Part shown: piece by piece, positions 20,289-30,527 of the stretch
How positions within the stretch are numbered: position 1 is the stretch's first letter
Layout of the letters: each line of letters begins with the position of its first letter
From: Oligoflexales bacterium
Lineage (GTDB): Bacteria > Bdellovibrionota_B > Oligoflexia > Oligoflexales > RGVZ01
Direction of reading: 5' to 3'
Assembly (NCBI GenBank): GCA_947445775.1
Contig: CANFEB010000003.1
Span: forward strand, 40,643-104,642
DNA length: 64,000 nucleotides
Program-made: the position numbers and the translations under genes
Notes under the pieces: model-generated
What the model was told of the DNA's origin: nothing
Database searches by the model: none
Seen by the model: only the letters and a program-made list of their open reading frames with translations

Positions 20289-23243
20289 ATGCCTACATCA
20301 AGCCGTTTTGATGCCACGAATGCATTAACTGCAACAGACCGTTTTTCTTCGCGGCACATCGGACCATCCAAGGCCGAAGTGCAAATGATGCTGGAGTCGC
20401 TTGGCTATAATTCCCTAGCCGAATTAAGCGACGCCGCCGTGCCGCAGGCGATCAAAATTTCGCGGCCGCTGCAAATGGACGGTGGTCGAACAGAGGTCGA
20501 GGCTCTAAACGAACTAAAAGAGCTCGCCTCGGGCAATAAGGTGCTTCGTTCGTTTATTGGCATGGGCTACTACGGCACCCATACACCGACAGTGATTCAA
20601 AGAAACATTCTCGAAAATCCAGGTTGGTATACCCAATACACTCCATATCAGGCGGAAATTGCACAGGGACGCCTTGAGGCGCTGCTGAATTTTCAGACGA
20701 TGATTTCTGATTTGACCGGATTGCCCGTTGCCAACGCCTCGCTCTTGGATGAGGGCCTTGCCGGCAGTGAGGCGTTTACGATGGCTTACGGCCTGCGCGC
20801 AAACGAGAAAGCGCGCGTGGCCTTTGTTTCAAAGCACTGCCACCCGCAATCCATTGAACTGATCAAAACCCGTTCTGAGCCCCTCGGCATTGAAGTGGTA
20901 GTGGGCGATGAGACGTCGGTAAAATTTGATGCCAGCGTGTTTGCCGTTCTTTTGCAGTATCCGGCCAGCAACGGCGCTGTTGCAGATCCGGAAAAAATAT
21001 TTAAGGCGGCAAAGGCTGTCGGCGCAATATGCATTGTGGCGACGGACCTTCTGGCGTTGACGGTGTTGAAGTCCCCCGGTGATATTGGGGCCGACATTGC
21101 CATTGGCAGTGCGCAACGATTCGGAGTTCCGATGGGCTACGGCGGACCCCATGCGGCATTCATTGCCACAGTGGACGCTTACAAACGAAAATTGCCGGGA
21201 CGAATTGTCGGCGTCTCCAAGGACCGTGAAGGCAAAAGCGCCATCCGCCTTGCCCTTCAAACCCGCGAGCAACATATCCGCCGCGAGAAGGCGACCAGTA
21301 ATATTTGCACGGCCCAGGTTTTGCTCGCAGTCATGGCCAGTATGTATGCCGTTTATCATGGACCAAAGGGGCTGCGCCAAATTGCCGAGCGTGTTCACGG
21401 TTGGACCCAAGTCCTTGCCGGGGCGTTGAAGCTGGCGGGGTTTTCATTGCAGTCAGATAGCTACTTCGACACGCTCACGGTCACTCACCCAAACGCGTCG
21501 GGAATTATTCGCGCCGCCTTGGCGAGTGGAATCAATCTGCGGTCGTTTTGGGACGGGGAAACCAGCCTCGTTGGCGCCTCTCTTGATGAGACGGTCACCC
21601 AGGCCGATATTGTCGATATCGTGGCGGCGTTCATTGCCGGGGCAGCGGCGCCAGCTTCTCTTGTGTCTCTGGCATCATCTTCGTTATTAAGGGCAACGGA
21701 TCTGGTGAAGCAGGCAAAAGAAAACGTCGGCAAAAATAGTTCTTTTGCCTTTCAAGCCGACTTGCTGCGTGACGAGAGCTCGTATTTGACCCATCCAGTT
21801 TTTTCAAGCTATCACTCAGAAACCGACATGCTGCGTTACGTTCGCAACCTTGAGTCCAAGGACTTGTCGCTGGCCCATTCGATGATTCCGCTGGGATCAT
21901 GCACGATGAAACTCAATGCGACCTCCGAGTTGATGCCGGTGACTTGGAGGGAGTTTAATTGTATTCATCCCTTTGCGCCCCTTGATCAGGCCAAGGGTTA
22001 TTCCAAGTTGTTTCATGATCTTGAATTTTGGTTGTCAGAGATCACTGGCTTTGACGCGGTTTCCCTTCAGCCAAATTCCGGGTCCCAGGGCGAGTATACC
22101 GGCTTACTTGTGATTCGCGCCTGGCACCGTTCCCGTGGCGACGCCCACCGCAACGTTTGCATCATCCCCCAATCGGCCCACGGCACAAATCCGGCCAGCG
22201 CTGTACTGGCAGGCATGAAGGTGGTCGTGGTCGCTTGTGACAAGCAAGGCAACGTCGACCTCGAGGACTTGAGAGCCAAGGCGGCCCAACACGGCAAAAA
22301 CCTTGCGGCTCTGATGGTGACCTACCCTTCCACCCACGGGGTTTTCGAACAACACATCAAGGCGATATGCGCAGCGATCCATGAACATGGCGGCCAGGTT
22401 TATATGGACGGTGCCAACATGAATGCTCAGGTCGGCCTTTGCCGCCCCGGTGATTTTGGCCCGGACGTTTGCCACCTAAACCTGCACAAGACCTTTTGTA
22501 TTCCTCACGGCGGCGGCGGTCCTGGCATGGGTCCCATCGGAGTGAAAAAACATCTTGCACCGTTTTTGCCGGGGCACCCAGTGGTTCCCATGGGCGGCAT
22601 TCAAGCAATAGGGCCAGTGTCGGCGGCCCCGTGGGGCAGCGCCAGCATTCTTCCCATTTCGTGGATGTATATTCGCATGATGGGTGGCGAGGGGCTGACC
22701 GCCGCCACTCAAACGGCAATCCTCAACGCCAATTATATTACCCGGCGATTGGCTCCCCATTATTCAGTTCTTTACCAAGGCAAGCATGACCTTGTGGCCC
22801 ACGAGTGCATCATCGACCTGCGCGACCTTAAGGCAAAAGCCAACATCGAGGTGGAAGATGTTGCCAAGCGCTTGATCGACTACGGCTTTCACGCGCCAAC
22901 GGTTTCGTTTCCGGTTATCGGAACCCTCATGATCGAGCCCACAGAGAGTGAGTCCAAGGCAAGTCTGGACCAATTTTGTGAGGCGATGATTTCAATCCGC
23001 AACGAAATCACGGAGATTGAACAAGGCCAAGCAGATCGCGCTAACAATGTCGTCAAGAATTCGCCCCATACCGCTTATATGGTGGCCGACGAAAAATGGT
23101 CGTATCCGTACACGCGGGAAAAGGCGGTATTTCCAAGCCCTGCAACCCGCGCCAGAAAGTTCTGGCCGACTGTGGCTCGCGTCGATAACGCGTTGGGCGA
23201 CAGAAATCTAGTTTGCTCCTGTCCCCCACTCAGCGATTATTAG
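20289..23243 (+). CDS. gcvP: Glycine dehydrogenase (decarboxylating), single-chain P protein
   Basis: 984 aa with [20 protein letters not shown] and PLP-lysine region [16 protein letters not shown]. Confidence 0.96.
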   Translation: MPTSSRFDATNALTATDRFSSRHIGPSKAEVQMMLESLGYNSLAELSDAAVPQAIKISRPLQMDGGRTEVEALNELKELASGNKVLRSFIGMGYYGTHTPTVIQRNILENPGWYTQYTPYQAEIAQGRLEALLNFQTMISDLTGLPVANASLLDEGLAGSEAFTMAYGLRANEKARVAFVSKHCHPQSIELIKTRSEPLGIEVVVGDETSVKFDASVFAVLLQYPASNGAVADPEKIFKAAKAVGAICIVATDLLALTVLKSPGDIGADIAIGSAQRFGVPMGYGGPHAAFIATVDAYKRKLPGRIVGVSKDREGKSAIRLALQTREQHIRREKATSNICTAQVLLAVMASMYAVYHGPKGLRQIAERVHGWTQVLAGALKLAGFSLQSDSYFDTLTVTHPNASGIIRAALASGINLRSFWDGETSLVGASLDETVTQADIVDIVAAFIAGAAAPASLVSLASSSLLRATDLVKQAKENVGKNSSFAFQADLLRDESSYLTHPVFSSYHSETDMLRYVRNLESKDLSLAHSMIPLGSCTMKLNATSELMPVTWREFNCIHPFAPLDQAKGYSKLFHDLEFWLSEITGFDAVSLQPNSGSQGEYTGLLVIRAWHRSRGDAHRNVCIIPQSAHGTNPASAVLAGMKVVVVACDKQGNVDLEDLRAKAAQHGKNLAALMVTYPSTHGVFEQHIKAICAAIHEHGGQVYMDGANMNAQVGLCRPGDFGPDVCHLNLHKTFCIPHGGGGPGMGPIGVKKHLAPFLPGHPVVPMGGIQAIGPVSAAPWGSASILPISWMYIRMMGGEGLTAATQTAILNANYITRRLAPHYSVLYQGKHDLVAHECIIDLRDLKAKANIEVEDVAKRLIDYGFHAPTVSFPVIGTLMIEPTESESKASLDQFCEAMISIRNEITEIEQGQADRANNVVKNSPHTAYMVADEKWSYPYTREKAVFPSPATRARKFWPTVARVDNALGDRNLVCSCPPLSDY

Positions 23244-23614
23244 TGATCTGCGATAAAGGCTGCGTAGTCCTTGGCCGACATCAGGCCGGGGGCTTCCGCA
23301 CTTCCGCTGAACTGAATCAACCAGCCGTTTTTATACGGATCGATCTGCAGTGATTCGGGGCTCTTCAAAACAGCTTGATTCACAGCCGTCACTTTTCCGG
23401 CAATCGGCATGTAAAGGTCCGAAACGGTTTTGGTGGATTCAATGGTGCCAAACGAGGCGCCAGCCTCGAGGTCCTTGCCAACCTCAGGAAGTTCGACGTG
23501 GACGATGTCGCCAAGCTGTTCGATGGCGAAGGCGGTCACTCCGATTTTAAAATCGGAGGCCGAAATCCATTCGTGGTCTTTGGTGTATTTTAGTTCGCTT
23601 GGAATGCTCATCAC
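23240..23614 (-). CDS. gcvH: Glycine cleavage system H protein
   Basis: 124 aa with lipoyl-lysine region ([13 protein letters not shown]) and YTKDHEW at the N-terminus. Confidence 0.93.
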   Translation of the reverse strand: MMSIPSELKYTKDHEWISASDFKIGVTAFAIEQLGDIVHVELPEVGKDLEAGASFGTIESTKTVSDLYMPIAGKVTAVNQAVLKSPESLQIDPYKNGWLIQFSGSAEAPGLMSAKDYAAFIADH

Positions 23615-23663
23615 CCAGATCTCCCGTTTTTATTTCAACTTTATCGCATCAGCATTATGCGAC

Positions 23664-24797
23664 TTATTTTGTTTTCGCAGAATATAGAGGTCTTTTTACG
23701 ACCGAGGCAAGTTTTCTCTTACCCCGGACATCGACCTCAAGTTCGTCATTCTCCACAACTCCGGCAGAGACCATGGCCATGCCACCGGCGCCGCCCACAG
23801 TCGGCAAGACAGAACCGCTGGTGACAAACCCAGAGGGCTCGCCGCGCCAATAGACGGTCATGCCGTGGCGCGGGATGCCGTCACCCTTCATCTTGAAGGC
23901 CACAATCTTTTGCTGAACTCCCGCGGCCTTTTGTTTGACCAAGGGTGCCTTGCCAATGAATTCCGGCTTATTGAGTTTTACGGCCCAGGAAACTCCGGCC
24001 TCAAGGGGCGTGGTCTGGTCATTCATTTCGTTGCCATAAAGCAGGTAGCAGGCCTCCAGGCGCAAGGTGTCGCGCGCCCCAAGCCCCACCGGAACAATTC
24101 CGGACTTAGAAGAGGTCGCCAATAGGTCTGTCCAGAGTTTTTCTGCGTGGTCTGCAGGCAAGTAAATTTCATAGCCGTGCTCGCCCGTATAGCCTGTTCT
24201 GGCGACAAGGCACTCACGTCCAGACGCCTTGGCCACCATGATGTTGGTGTAGGGCAAGTTTTCTAGGGCGACTAGATTTTCCGAAGCGATGACGGCCCGC
24301 ATGGCCTGAAGGCTGGTGGGTCCTTGTACAGCAAGCTGTGCATGGAGGTCAGATTCATTGGCCACATGGACATCAAAGTTTTTGGCTTGAGTCGAAATCC
24401 AAGAAAAATCTTTGCTGCGATTTGAGGCATTCATGCAAATGAAAAACTCGTCTGCAGCAAGGCGGTACACAATCAAGTCATCAATCATGCCGCCCGCTTC
24501 GTTGAGAAGGGCGCTGTACTGGCCTTGGCCTGGCTCCAGTTTGCTGGCGTCGTTCATGGTGACATGTTGCATGAAGGCTTCGGCTTGGGGGCCTTTAACT
24601 CGGACTTCGCCCATGTGGCTCACATCAAAGAGGCCGCACTGTTCACGCACGGCCTTGTGTTCGGCCAGTACGCCGGCATAGCTGACCGGCATCAGCCATC
24701 CGCCGAATTCAACGATCCGGGCCCCAGCAGCCTTGTGCAGGTTGTAGAGCGGCGTTTTCAGGGACGGCGGGGTTGCATCAGATGCAGGGTTAGCCAT
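23664..24797 (-). CDS. gcvT: Aminomethyltransferase (glycine cleavage T protein)
   Basis: LKTPLY..H...GA..V.FGGW.MPV.Y N-terminus. ATG at 24797 is preceded by GGAGA 7 nt upstream. The longer track ORF (to 24863) lacks an RBS. Confidence 0.92.
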   Translation of the reverse strand: MANPASDATPPSLKTPLYNLHKAAGARIVEFGGWLMPVSYAGVLAEHKAVREQCGLFDVSHMGEVRVKGPQAEAFMQHVTMNDASKLEPGQGQYSALLNEAGGMIDDLIVYRLAADEFFICMNASNRSKDFSWISTQAKNFDVHVANESDLHAQLAVQGPTSLQAMRAVIASENLVALENLPYTNIMVAKASGRECLVARTGYTGEHGYEIYLPADHAEKLWTDLLATSSKSGIVPVGLGARDTLRLEACYLLYGNEMNDQTTPLEAGVSWAVKLNKPEFIGKAPLVKQKAAGVQQKIVAFKMKGDGIPRHGMTVYWRGEPSGFVTSGSVLPTVGGAGGMAMVSAGVVENDELEVDVRGKRKLASVVKRPLYSAKTK

Positions 24798-24888
24798 GGG
24801 TCGTCTCCGGTTCGGGCCTTGGTAGGGGCTTTGATTTGTTAGGCATAGGGCCCATTCTGCCACGGCCCTTTTCGTTTGTCCGTCCCGT

Positions 24889-24914
24889 TGTTAGGATACG
24901 ACCATGTTAGGATA
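24889..24914 (+). repeat. Perfect 10-bp direct repeat TGTTAGGATA x2 (16-bp period) in the gcvT / GT2 divergent intergenic region
   Basis: 24889-24898 and 24905-24914 are identical. Each contains an AGGA, and each is followed by an ATG (24904 or 24920). Confidence 0.9.
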
Positions 24915-24919
24915 TATTC

Positions 24920-25705
24920 ATGATTGAATTGTCGGTTGTCATCATCACTTTGAATGAAGAAGCCCGCCTAGGACGCTGCCTGGAAAGTTTGCCAGAGGGT
25001 GTTGAGGTGGTGGTGCTTGATTCGGGCTCCACGGACAAGACCGTTGAGGTTGCAAGAAAGCGCGGCGCACGAACCGCGACTCGTCCGTTCGATGATTATG
25101 CCAGTCAAAAAAATGCGGCAATCGCCCTAGCGTCACGGCGCTGGATTCTTTCCCTTGATGCGGATGAAGTTTTGTCTCCGATCTTTGTCCAGAAGGTCGT
25201 CCAGTTTGTGTCTTCGCCAGAGGGCAACTCAACTCAAGATGCCTTTAAGGTTTTGCGACGGCTGAATTTCATGGGCAAAGTCATGTTTTTTGGAAAAACT
25301 TCGGATCGTCCGACGCGGCTTTTCTTGCGCGGGTCGGGGAAATTTTACGCAAAAGTCCATGAACAGTTCAAACTTGATTCGGGGCAAGTCCGGCGCGCAC
25401 CATTCGGGCGTGGCGCCCATATTCTTCATTACAGCTATGAAAACCTTACCGATTACTTCGATAAATTTAATCGTTACACAAGCCGCATCGCCGAACTCCG
25501 CGCCAATAATGAGGCTACGCAGCCCAGAAGGTGCTCCCTGGCTTTTGCAGGGCATGTTAGCCGCCCATTTTTTGAGTTTTTTTCGCGCTATGTCCTGCGC
25601 TTTGGATTTCTCGACGGCTATCCTGGCTACTGTTACGCGCTGATCAGCTCACTTTATGCCTTTGTGAAATACGCTAAACTTATTGAGCGTAGCCAAAAAT
25701 CATGA
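24920..25705 (+). CDS. Family 2 glycosyltransferase (LPS-core type)
   Basis: LSVVIITLNEE...LDSGSTDKT...DADE motifs. 261 aa. Confidence 0.8.
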   Translation: MIELSVVIITLNEEARLGRCLESLPEGVEVVVLDSGSTDKTVEVARKRGARTATRPFDDYASQKNAAIALASRRWILSLDADEVLSPIFVQKVVQFVSSPEGNSTQDAFKVLRRLNFMGKVMFFGKTSDRPTRLFLRGSGKFYAKVHEQFKLDSGQVRRAPFGRGAHILHYSYENLTDYFDKFNRYTSRIAELRANNEATQPRRCSLAFAGHVSRPFFEFFSRYVLRFGFLDGYPGYCYALISSLYAFVKYAKLIERSQKS

Positions 25706-26811
25706 CGACACCGCCTCCTGTCATCGCCCACTTGCTCTCTAATCGCTGGAATTCGGCCATCGCCGAATATGCCGTGCACACGGCCCGGGCCTTGGACCTC
25801 GCTGGATTTCCCCAGGTTTTCGTAGCCCTTCGGGGCAGTGCCGGGGCACGTCGAGCCCTTGCGGCAGGGATTTCCGTGGTGGAGGTCGAACGCTTTTCCC
25901 TGATGCAGCTTCCCGATATTTTGCGCGCCGTTCGTGGTGAAGAGCTCAAGGCCGTTTTCGTTTACGGTGGGCCAGAGACGTTTATTTCAAAATGGATCAA
26001 GGGCAGCCGCCCAGGGATCAAGGTCATTCGTTTTCGTGGCGACAACCGCGACGCCTCGCAGCGCTCCAATACCATGCTCCAGCAATTGTCCATGGGCCAT
26101 ATCGACATGCTGCTGGCGCCGTCGAAGTTCATTGCGGGGCGTTTAGACAGTCGCGCGCGAGTTGTTGAACCTGGCATTGATATTGAGCGCATCCACCGCG
26201 TTGGAAGCGCCGATCCCGGCCCCGGCGCGAGGGCTGACTGTGTCATTTTGGGGCGCTTGGATCCGGTGAAGGGTCACGACCTTTTTTTTCGCGTTTTTTC
26301 CCGAATGCTGGCCAGCAAAGACCGGGCCCCCTATTGCCTGCACGTCGTCGGTGAACCCGCCAATCTTTCCTTGGTGCACCTCGAGCATTATGCCCGTGAG
26401 GCGGGCCTTACGATTGGACGAGATATTACCTTCACGGCAGAACGCGTGAGCGATCTCAGCAGTCTTTTATCTTCAGCCTGCGCGGGGATCATTTGCAGCA
26501 CTGGCTCGGAAATCATTGGCCGCGTTGCCCAAGAGTTTTTGGTTTGCGGAACCCCCGTGGTCGTCTCCGGCGCTGGATCCCTCGCAGAAATCCCCTTGCC
26601 CGGTGATGGCCTGGATTACGGTGCCCTGCGTTCGCCGGAGATTGAAGGCGCTTTGTGGAAATTTTTAGAGGCCTCGCGCCTTGAAAGCCGAGAGCAGCGT
26701 AGTGCCCGCGCCCTGGCGGCAGCCAAACGTTTTAGCCTGGAGACCATGTCCCACGCCCTAGCCGGGATTTTAGATGAACTTGGCGTCAAACCGGTAAGTG
26801 CCCGATTTTGA
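25702..26811 (+). CDS. GT-B glycosyltransferase (GT4/GT1-like)
   Basis: 369 aa with a C-terminal E..G....E-type region (GSEIIGRVAQEFLVCGTPVV). ATGA overlap with the upstream GT2. Confidence 0.7.
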   Translation: MTTPPPVIAHLLSNRWNSAIAEYAVHTARALDLAGFPQVFVALRGSAGARRALAAGISVVEVERFSLMQLPDILRAVRGEELKAVFVYGGPETFISKWIKGSRPGIKVIRFRGDNRDASQRSNTMLQQLSMGHIDMLLAPSKFIAGRLDSRARVVEPGIDIERIHRVGSADPGPGARADCVILGRLDPVKGHDLFFRVFSRMLASKDRAPYCLHVVGEPANLSLVHLEHYAREAGLTIGRDITFTAERVSDLSSLLSSACAGIICSTGSEIIGRVAQEFLVCGTPVVVSGAGSLAEIPLPGDGLDYGALRSPEIEGALWKFLEASRLESREQRSARALAAAKRFSLETMSHALAGILDELGVKPVSARF

Positions 26812-26886
26812 TGGGTTTAATTCTATAAAGTTAATGTTTTTCGCTCCATCGACGAAATACTCTGCGCAAGCTAAGGAGTTTTTTGT

Positions 26887-27603
26887 ATGAGCAAAACTTT
26901 TAAATTACCGTTATGGCAGGCGTCCCTCGTCGTTGCGGGTATTTTTTTTCTGGCCCCTGCGGAACTTCTGGCCCAGGAGATCGAGGCCGGGCTTAAAACA
27001 ATTTATCTCAGCACCGACTATGCTTTGACCACCCACAAAAGCGAGTTGGTCGAATCCAACGATACTGGTTCGTCGATCCGCTATGGGCTTGGTTTTAATG
27101 TGGGCGATCAAAAACAATTGGGTGTGGTGCTCCTTACAGAGTCATCTGCGATTAATTTTTTGCTGAATGAAACCGCCACCACCCTTTTATTTCGTGACAC
27201 GCGGATCACCTACCGGTTTGGCTATTTTTATGTTGGCGTGGTGTCGGCCTATGCTGAAGCCGCAGCCGTGGCCGCCGATGGCACAGACATGTTTTCTGGC
27301 CGGGGTACGGGCTATGGCTATGCCGCAGGGGTCTACATTCCCGTGGGGGGGAAATCCTTGCTGCAAATTGATATCACGTCCGCCAGCGTTTCAAGTTTTT
27401 TGAACAAGGATGAAGACGTCACCGTGGCCATAGGCTCACGCATGGATATCGACATCTCCGGGCACATTCCAATCTCCAAGCGCTACTTCACCTTGGACCT
27501 TGGCTACCGCCAAAGAACTTTGCCCATCACCTACAACAGCGTGTCCTATTCCGAGTCCATGCAGAAGACGTACATTGGCTTTACGATGGGCAATGAAATC
27601 TGA
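26887..27603 (+). CDS. Putative small outer-membrane beta-barrel protein
   Basis: Signal peptide (..LAPAELLAQE), alternating beta-strand pattern, AAGGAG RBS upstream. Confidence 0.45.
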   Translation: MSKTFKLPLWQASLVVAGIFFLAPAELLAQEIEAGLKTIYLSTDYALTTHKSELVESNDTGSSIRYGLGFNVGDQKQLGVVLLTESSAINFLLNETATTLLFRDTRITYRFGYFYVGVVSAYAEAAAVAADGTDMFSGRGTGYGYAAGVYIPVGGKSLLQIDITSASVSSFLNKDEDVTVAIGSRMDIDISGHIPISKRYFTLDLGYRQRTLPITYNSVSYSESMQKTYIGFTMGNEI

Positions 27604-27616
27604 GCTTTGAAATGAA

Positions 27617-29917
27617 TCAGGCCGACGGTCCCAGCCAGCGACGCGGCTTGGCCCCATCCGCCTTGGCAACAAGCCCACACCTCTCCATGTGTTCTACGAT
27701 CCGCGCGGCCCGGTTGTAGCCGATTTTTAGATGCCGTTGCAAAAAGGATGCGCTGACCACGCCGTGGCTTTGGGCAATTTGCATGGCCTCGCTATATTTC
27801 GGATCATCTTCACTGTCGCTTCCCGAGAGGGTGTCTTCGCCGCCGGCACGCTCGCGCTGCAATCCGTCGTCGATCCAGCCCATGATGGAGTCGTCATAAG
27901 CAACAGTTCCAGATGATTTGAGGGTTGCCACCAAGCCCAAAACTTCTTCATCTCCAACCAAGGCACCTTGGATGCGCTCTAGCCGTCCAGAGCCAGGCCT
28001 TTGAAATAGCATGTCGCCGCGGCCAAGAAGTTTTTCGGCTCCGACCTGGTCCAAGATGGTTCGGCTGTCGTGTTTGGAAACGACTTGAAAGGAGAGGCGG
28101 CACGGGAGGTTGGCCTTGATCACGCCCGTGATGATGTCAACAGATGGACGCTGCGTGGCGAGGACCATGTGAATTCCGCTGGCGCGGGCTTTTTGGGCCA
28201 GACGTTGGATGGAAGTCTCCACATCCTTGGGGGCCGTGAGCATCAAGTCCGCAAGCTCGTCGATGACGAGTAGAATATAGGGCAGCCGTTCGACGCGTTG
28301 TTCGGACCCCGAGGCGATTCGTAGCTCCTCGCGCCGCGCCGGGCTAGCCTGATCCAAAAACTGATTGAAGCCGCCGATATTTCTGACCGCTGCAAATTGC
28401 ATGAGACGGTAGCGACGCTCCATTTCAGCGGCAGCCCACTTCAAGGCATGGGACGCACGGTCTGGTTCCGTGATGACGGGCATCAAAAGATGGGGGATGC
28501 CCTCATAGACGGACAGCTCCAACATTTTAGGATCGACTAGAATCATGCGGACGTCTGCAGGAGAGGATTTCATGACGACGCTGCAAATCAGCGAATTAAT
28601 GGCGACACTTTTTCCAGCGCCGGTGGCACCCGCCATGAGCAGATGTGGCATGGAGGTCAAGTCAGCGCAAACGGGGAGGCCGCTCAATGATTTACCCATG
28701 GCAAAAACCAGGGGGCTCGGGCTGGCGCGAAAGGCGTCAGAATTGATCAAATCACCGAGGTAAACGGTTTCCCTGCGGCTGTTAGGCACCTGAACACCAA
28801 GGGCTCTTTTTCCGGACACGGGGTTGATGAAGATTGAGTCGACTTTCAGCGCCAGCGCCAGATCATCAATCAGGCCGAGAACCCGTGATTGTTTAACCCC
28901 TGCGTCAGGTTGAAATTCAAAGACGGTGACGACAGGGCCGGGTTGGAATCCGATGATTTTTCCGGCGACACCAAAGTCAGAAAAAGTTTTGATAAGTAGT
29001 TGCGCGGTTTGTTCGAGGTCTTTTTGCGAAGGCGGCTGGGCGGACGAGTCGCGGTGCTTTGATGCCGAGTCAAAAATTTCAGTCGACGGAATATTATAGG
29101 CAATCGGTTGCTGGCTCGATGGTCGGCGGGCATGGCTTGAAGGCCCTGCCTGGGCGGGCTCCTCGTTGGTGCCGGAAGATGCTGCAAAGTGGGAGTCCTC
29201 ATCAAATTCAATGGGGTCAGAATTCAAAGCCGAATTCAAAGCCGAATTCATGTGGAAGTCGCCACTGGGCAAAAGGTCGGACTCGTGTGCGGCATTGCGA
29301 TCTGGCTTGGGGCCGAAAGAAAAGGCGAATGGCTTTTGTTTTAAGGAGGCTGTCAGCAACCGGAAGACAGGTCTGTTTGCTATCAAAATGATTGAAGCCA
29401 TGCCCGCCAAGAAAAAAGCCAGCAAGCTGCCTGCGCGACCCAGAAGTCCGTCGGCCTTTGCCGCTAAAAGCTTACCGATAAGGCCTCCGGTGGGCATGGG
29501 CACGCCCCTCCAAGTGACATCGGCGTGCAGGGTCGCAAGGGCCGCACTAGCAATAACGAGCAGACAAAAAAATCCAAAGGCAGGAATCAGTGGGTTTGAT
29601 GGTGGGGTGTTCAAATCGCGGTCAGTCGTATGGCCTTCTTTGATGCCTTGTTGCCAAAGGCGCGTCGCGGCAATGGCGGTTGCCGCAGGCATGAGAAAGG
29701 CGGCGCAACCAAGAAAGAAAAAAGCAAAGGAGGCGAGCCCCGCGCCGATGGATCCCACCAAGTTGGAGGCCTTGTCGGTGGGCGGCCAACTAGCGGCGAA
29801 ATAACTGCTGTCTGCAGGATTGAAGCTGGCGAAGGCCAACCCTAAAAAGGCGGCAAAGCCTAGAAGGGTGATGAAGGAAAGGTCTGCAAAGACCGAACTG
29901 CGATTGGTGGATGACAT
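27617..29917 (-). CDS. ftsK: DNA translocase FtsK
   Basis: Four N-terminal TM segments, a Pro/Ser/Gln-rich linker, a motor domain with Walker A (GATGAGKS) and a Walker B region (LLVIDELADL), and a C-terminal gamma winged helix (ASFLQRHLKIGYNRAARIVE). Confidence 0.95.
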   Translation of the reverse strand: MSSTNRSSVFADLSFITLLGFAAFLGLAFASFNPADSSYFAASWPPTDKASNLVGSIGAGLASFAFFFLGCAAFLMPAATAIAATRLWQQGIKEGHTTDRDLNTPPSNPLIPAFGFFCLLVIASAALATLHADVTWRGVPMPTGGLIGKLLAAKADGLLGRAGSLLAFFLAGMASIILIANRPVFRLLTASLKQKPFAFSFGPKPDRNAAHESDLLPSGDFHMNSALNSALNSDPIEFDEDSHFAASSGTNEEPAQAGPSSHARRPSSQQPIAYNIPSTEIFDSASKHRDSSAQPPSQKDLEQTAQLLIKTFSDFGVAGKIIGFQPGPVVTVFEFQPDAGVKQSRVLGLIDDLALALKVDSIFINPVSGKRALGVQVPNSRRETVYLGDLINSDAFRASPSPLVFAMGKSLSGLPVCADLTSMPHLLMAGATGAGKSVAINSLICSVVMKSSPADVRMILVDPKMLELSVYEGIPHLLMPVITEPDRASHALKWAAAEMERRYRLMQFAAVRNIGGFNQFLDQASPARREELRIASGSEQRVERLPYILLVIDELADLMLTAPKDVETSIQRLAQKARASGIHMVLATQRPSVDIITGVIKANLPCRLSFQVVSKHDSRTILDQVGAEKLLGRGDMLFQRPGSGRLERIQGALVGDEEVLGLVATLKSSGTVAYDDSIMGWIDDGLQRERAGGEDTLSGSDSEDDPKYSEAMQIAQSHGVVSASFLQRHLKIGYNRAARIVEHMERCGLVAKADGAKPRRWLGPSA
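29220..29250 (-). repeat. 12-bp tandem repeat (2.6 copies) inside the FtsK linker
   Basis: gaattcaaagcc gaattcaaagcc gaattca encodes NSALNSALNS. Confidence 0.9.
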
Positions 29918-29981
29918 AGGTCACTCCTTTGACCTCCTATTGTATCGCGATCGGGTGCTAATCGACAAAGCTGGGACTATT

Positions 29982-30338
29982 TCAGTTCAAACCGCGCTTG
30001 AGGGCCGAGCCCCAAAGCCCTAGGCCGCACTGGTAAACCAGAAAGAGGCCGAGTTTTTCGTCGGTGGAAAGCAGGTCGACATGGCGGCGAATGGATTCAA
30101 TGCTGTTTAAGCGCAGTAAATGCACGGCGCGATCTTCGACCTCTCGGCCGTATTCATCCGTCCAATCAAGGTGACCCTTGCTTATGGCCTGGCGAATAGA
30201 GGCAAGGTCTGCATCTTGAAACAAAATATGGTTTCCCTGGATGCCCTCTTCGTAAATCAAGTGCCAAACTGGTGGTAGCCACTCATAGCCCTCTGGGGTT
30301 GCTATCAGCCGATCAAGGGTTGCCCGGTAATTTGCCAT
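29982..30338 (-). CDS. Hypothetical protein (118 aa)
   Basis: ATG preceded by CAGGAGG. Same strand as ftsK, 64 nt upstream of it. No recognisable motif. Confidence 0.5.
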   Translation of the reverse strand: MANYRATLDRLIATPEGYEWLPPVWHLIYEEGIQGNHILFQDADLASIRQAISKGHLDWTDEYGREVEDRAVHLLRLNSIESIRRHVDLLSTDEKLGLFLVYQCGLGLWGSALKRGLN

Positions 30339-30527
30339 CTGTCGCCGCCTCCTGAAATTGACGTCTAGGCAAAGAATGCAAAGCCGTCACCAGTCGGCAG
30401 TCGCCGGGGCGCCGCCGACAACCACCCGTTATTACGGTAATTTTATTGGTCGTTGGTCAGGCGGGCGGCGCAAAACAATGGCCGGCTGCCAATTTGAAAG
30501 CCCCGGTGACTGGATTTTAGACAGGGA

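Noticed and set aside
24798-24919. A possible glycine riboswitch in the gcvT 5' region
   Set aside because: The minus-strand leader (..gggacggacaaacgaaaagggccgtggcagaatgggccct..accaaggcccgaaccggagacgaccc) lacks the conserved GGAGAG...CCGAAGG(G/A)GCAA...CTCAGGC core that I know for glycine aptamers. The 122-bp gap is also short for an aptamer, an expression platform and two promoters. An Infernal scan is needed to be sure.
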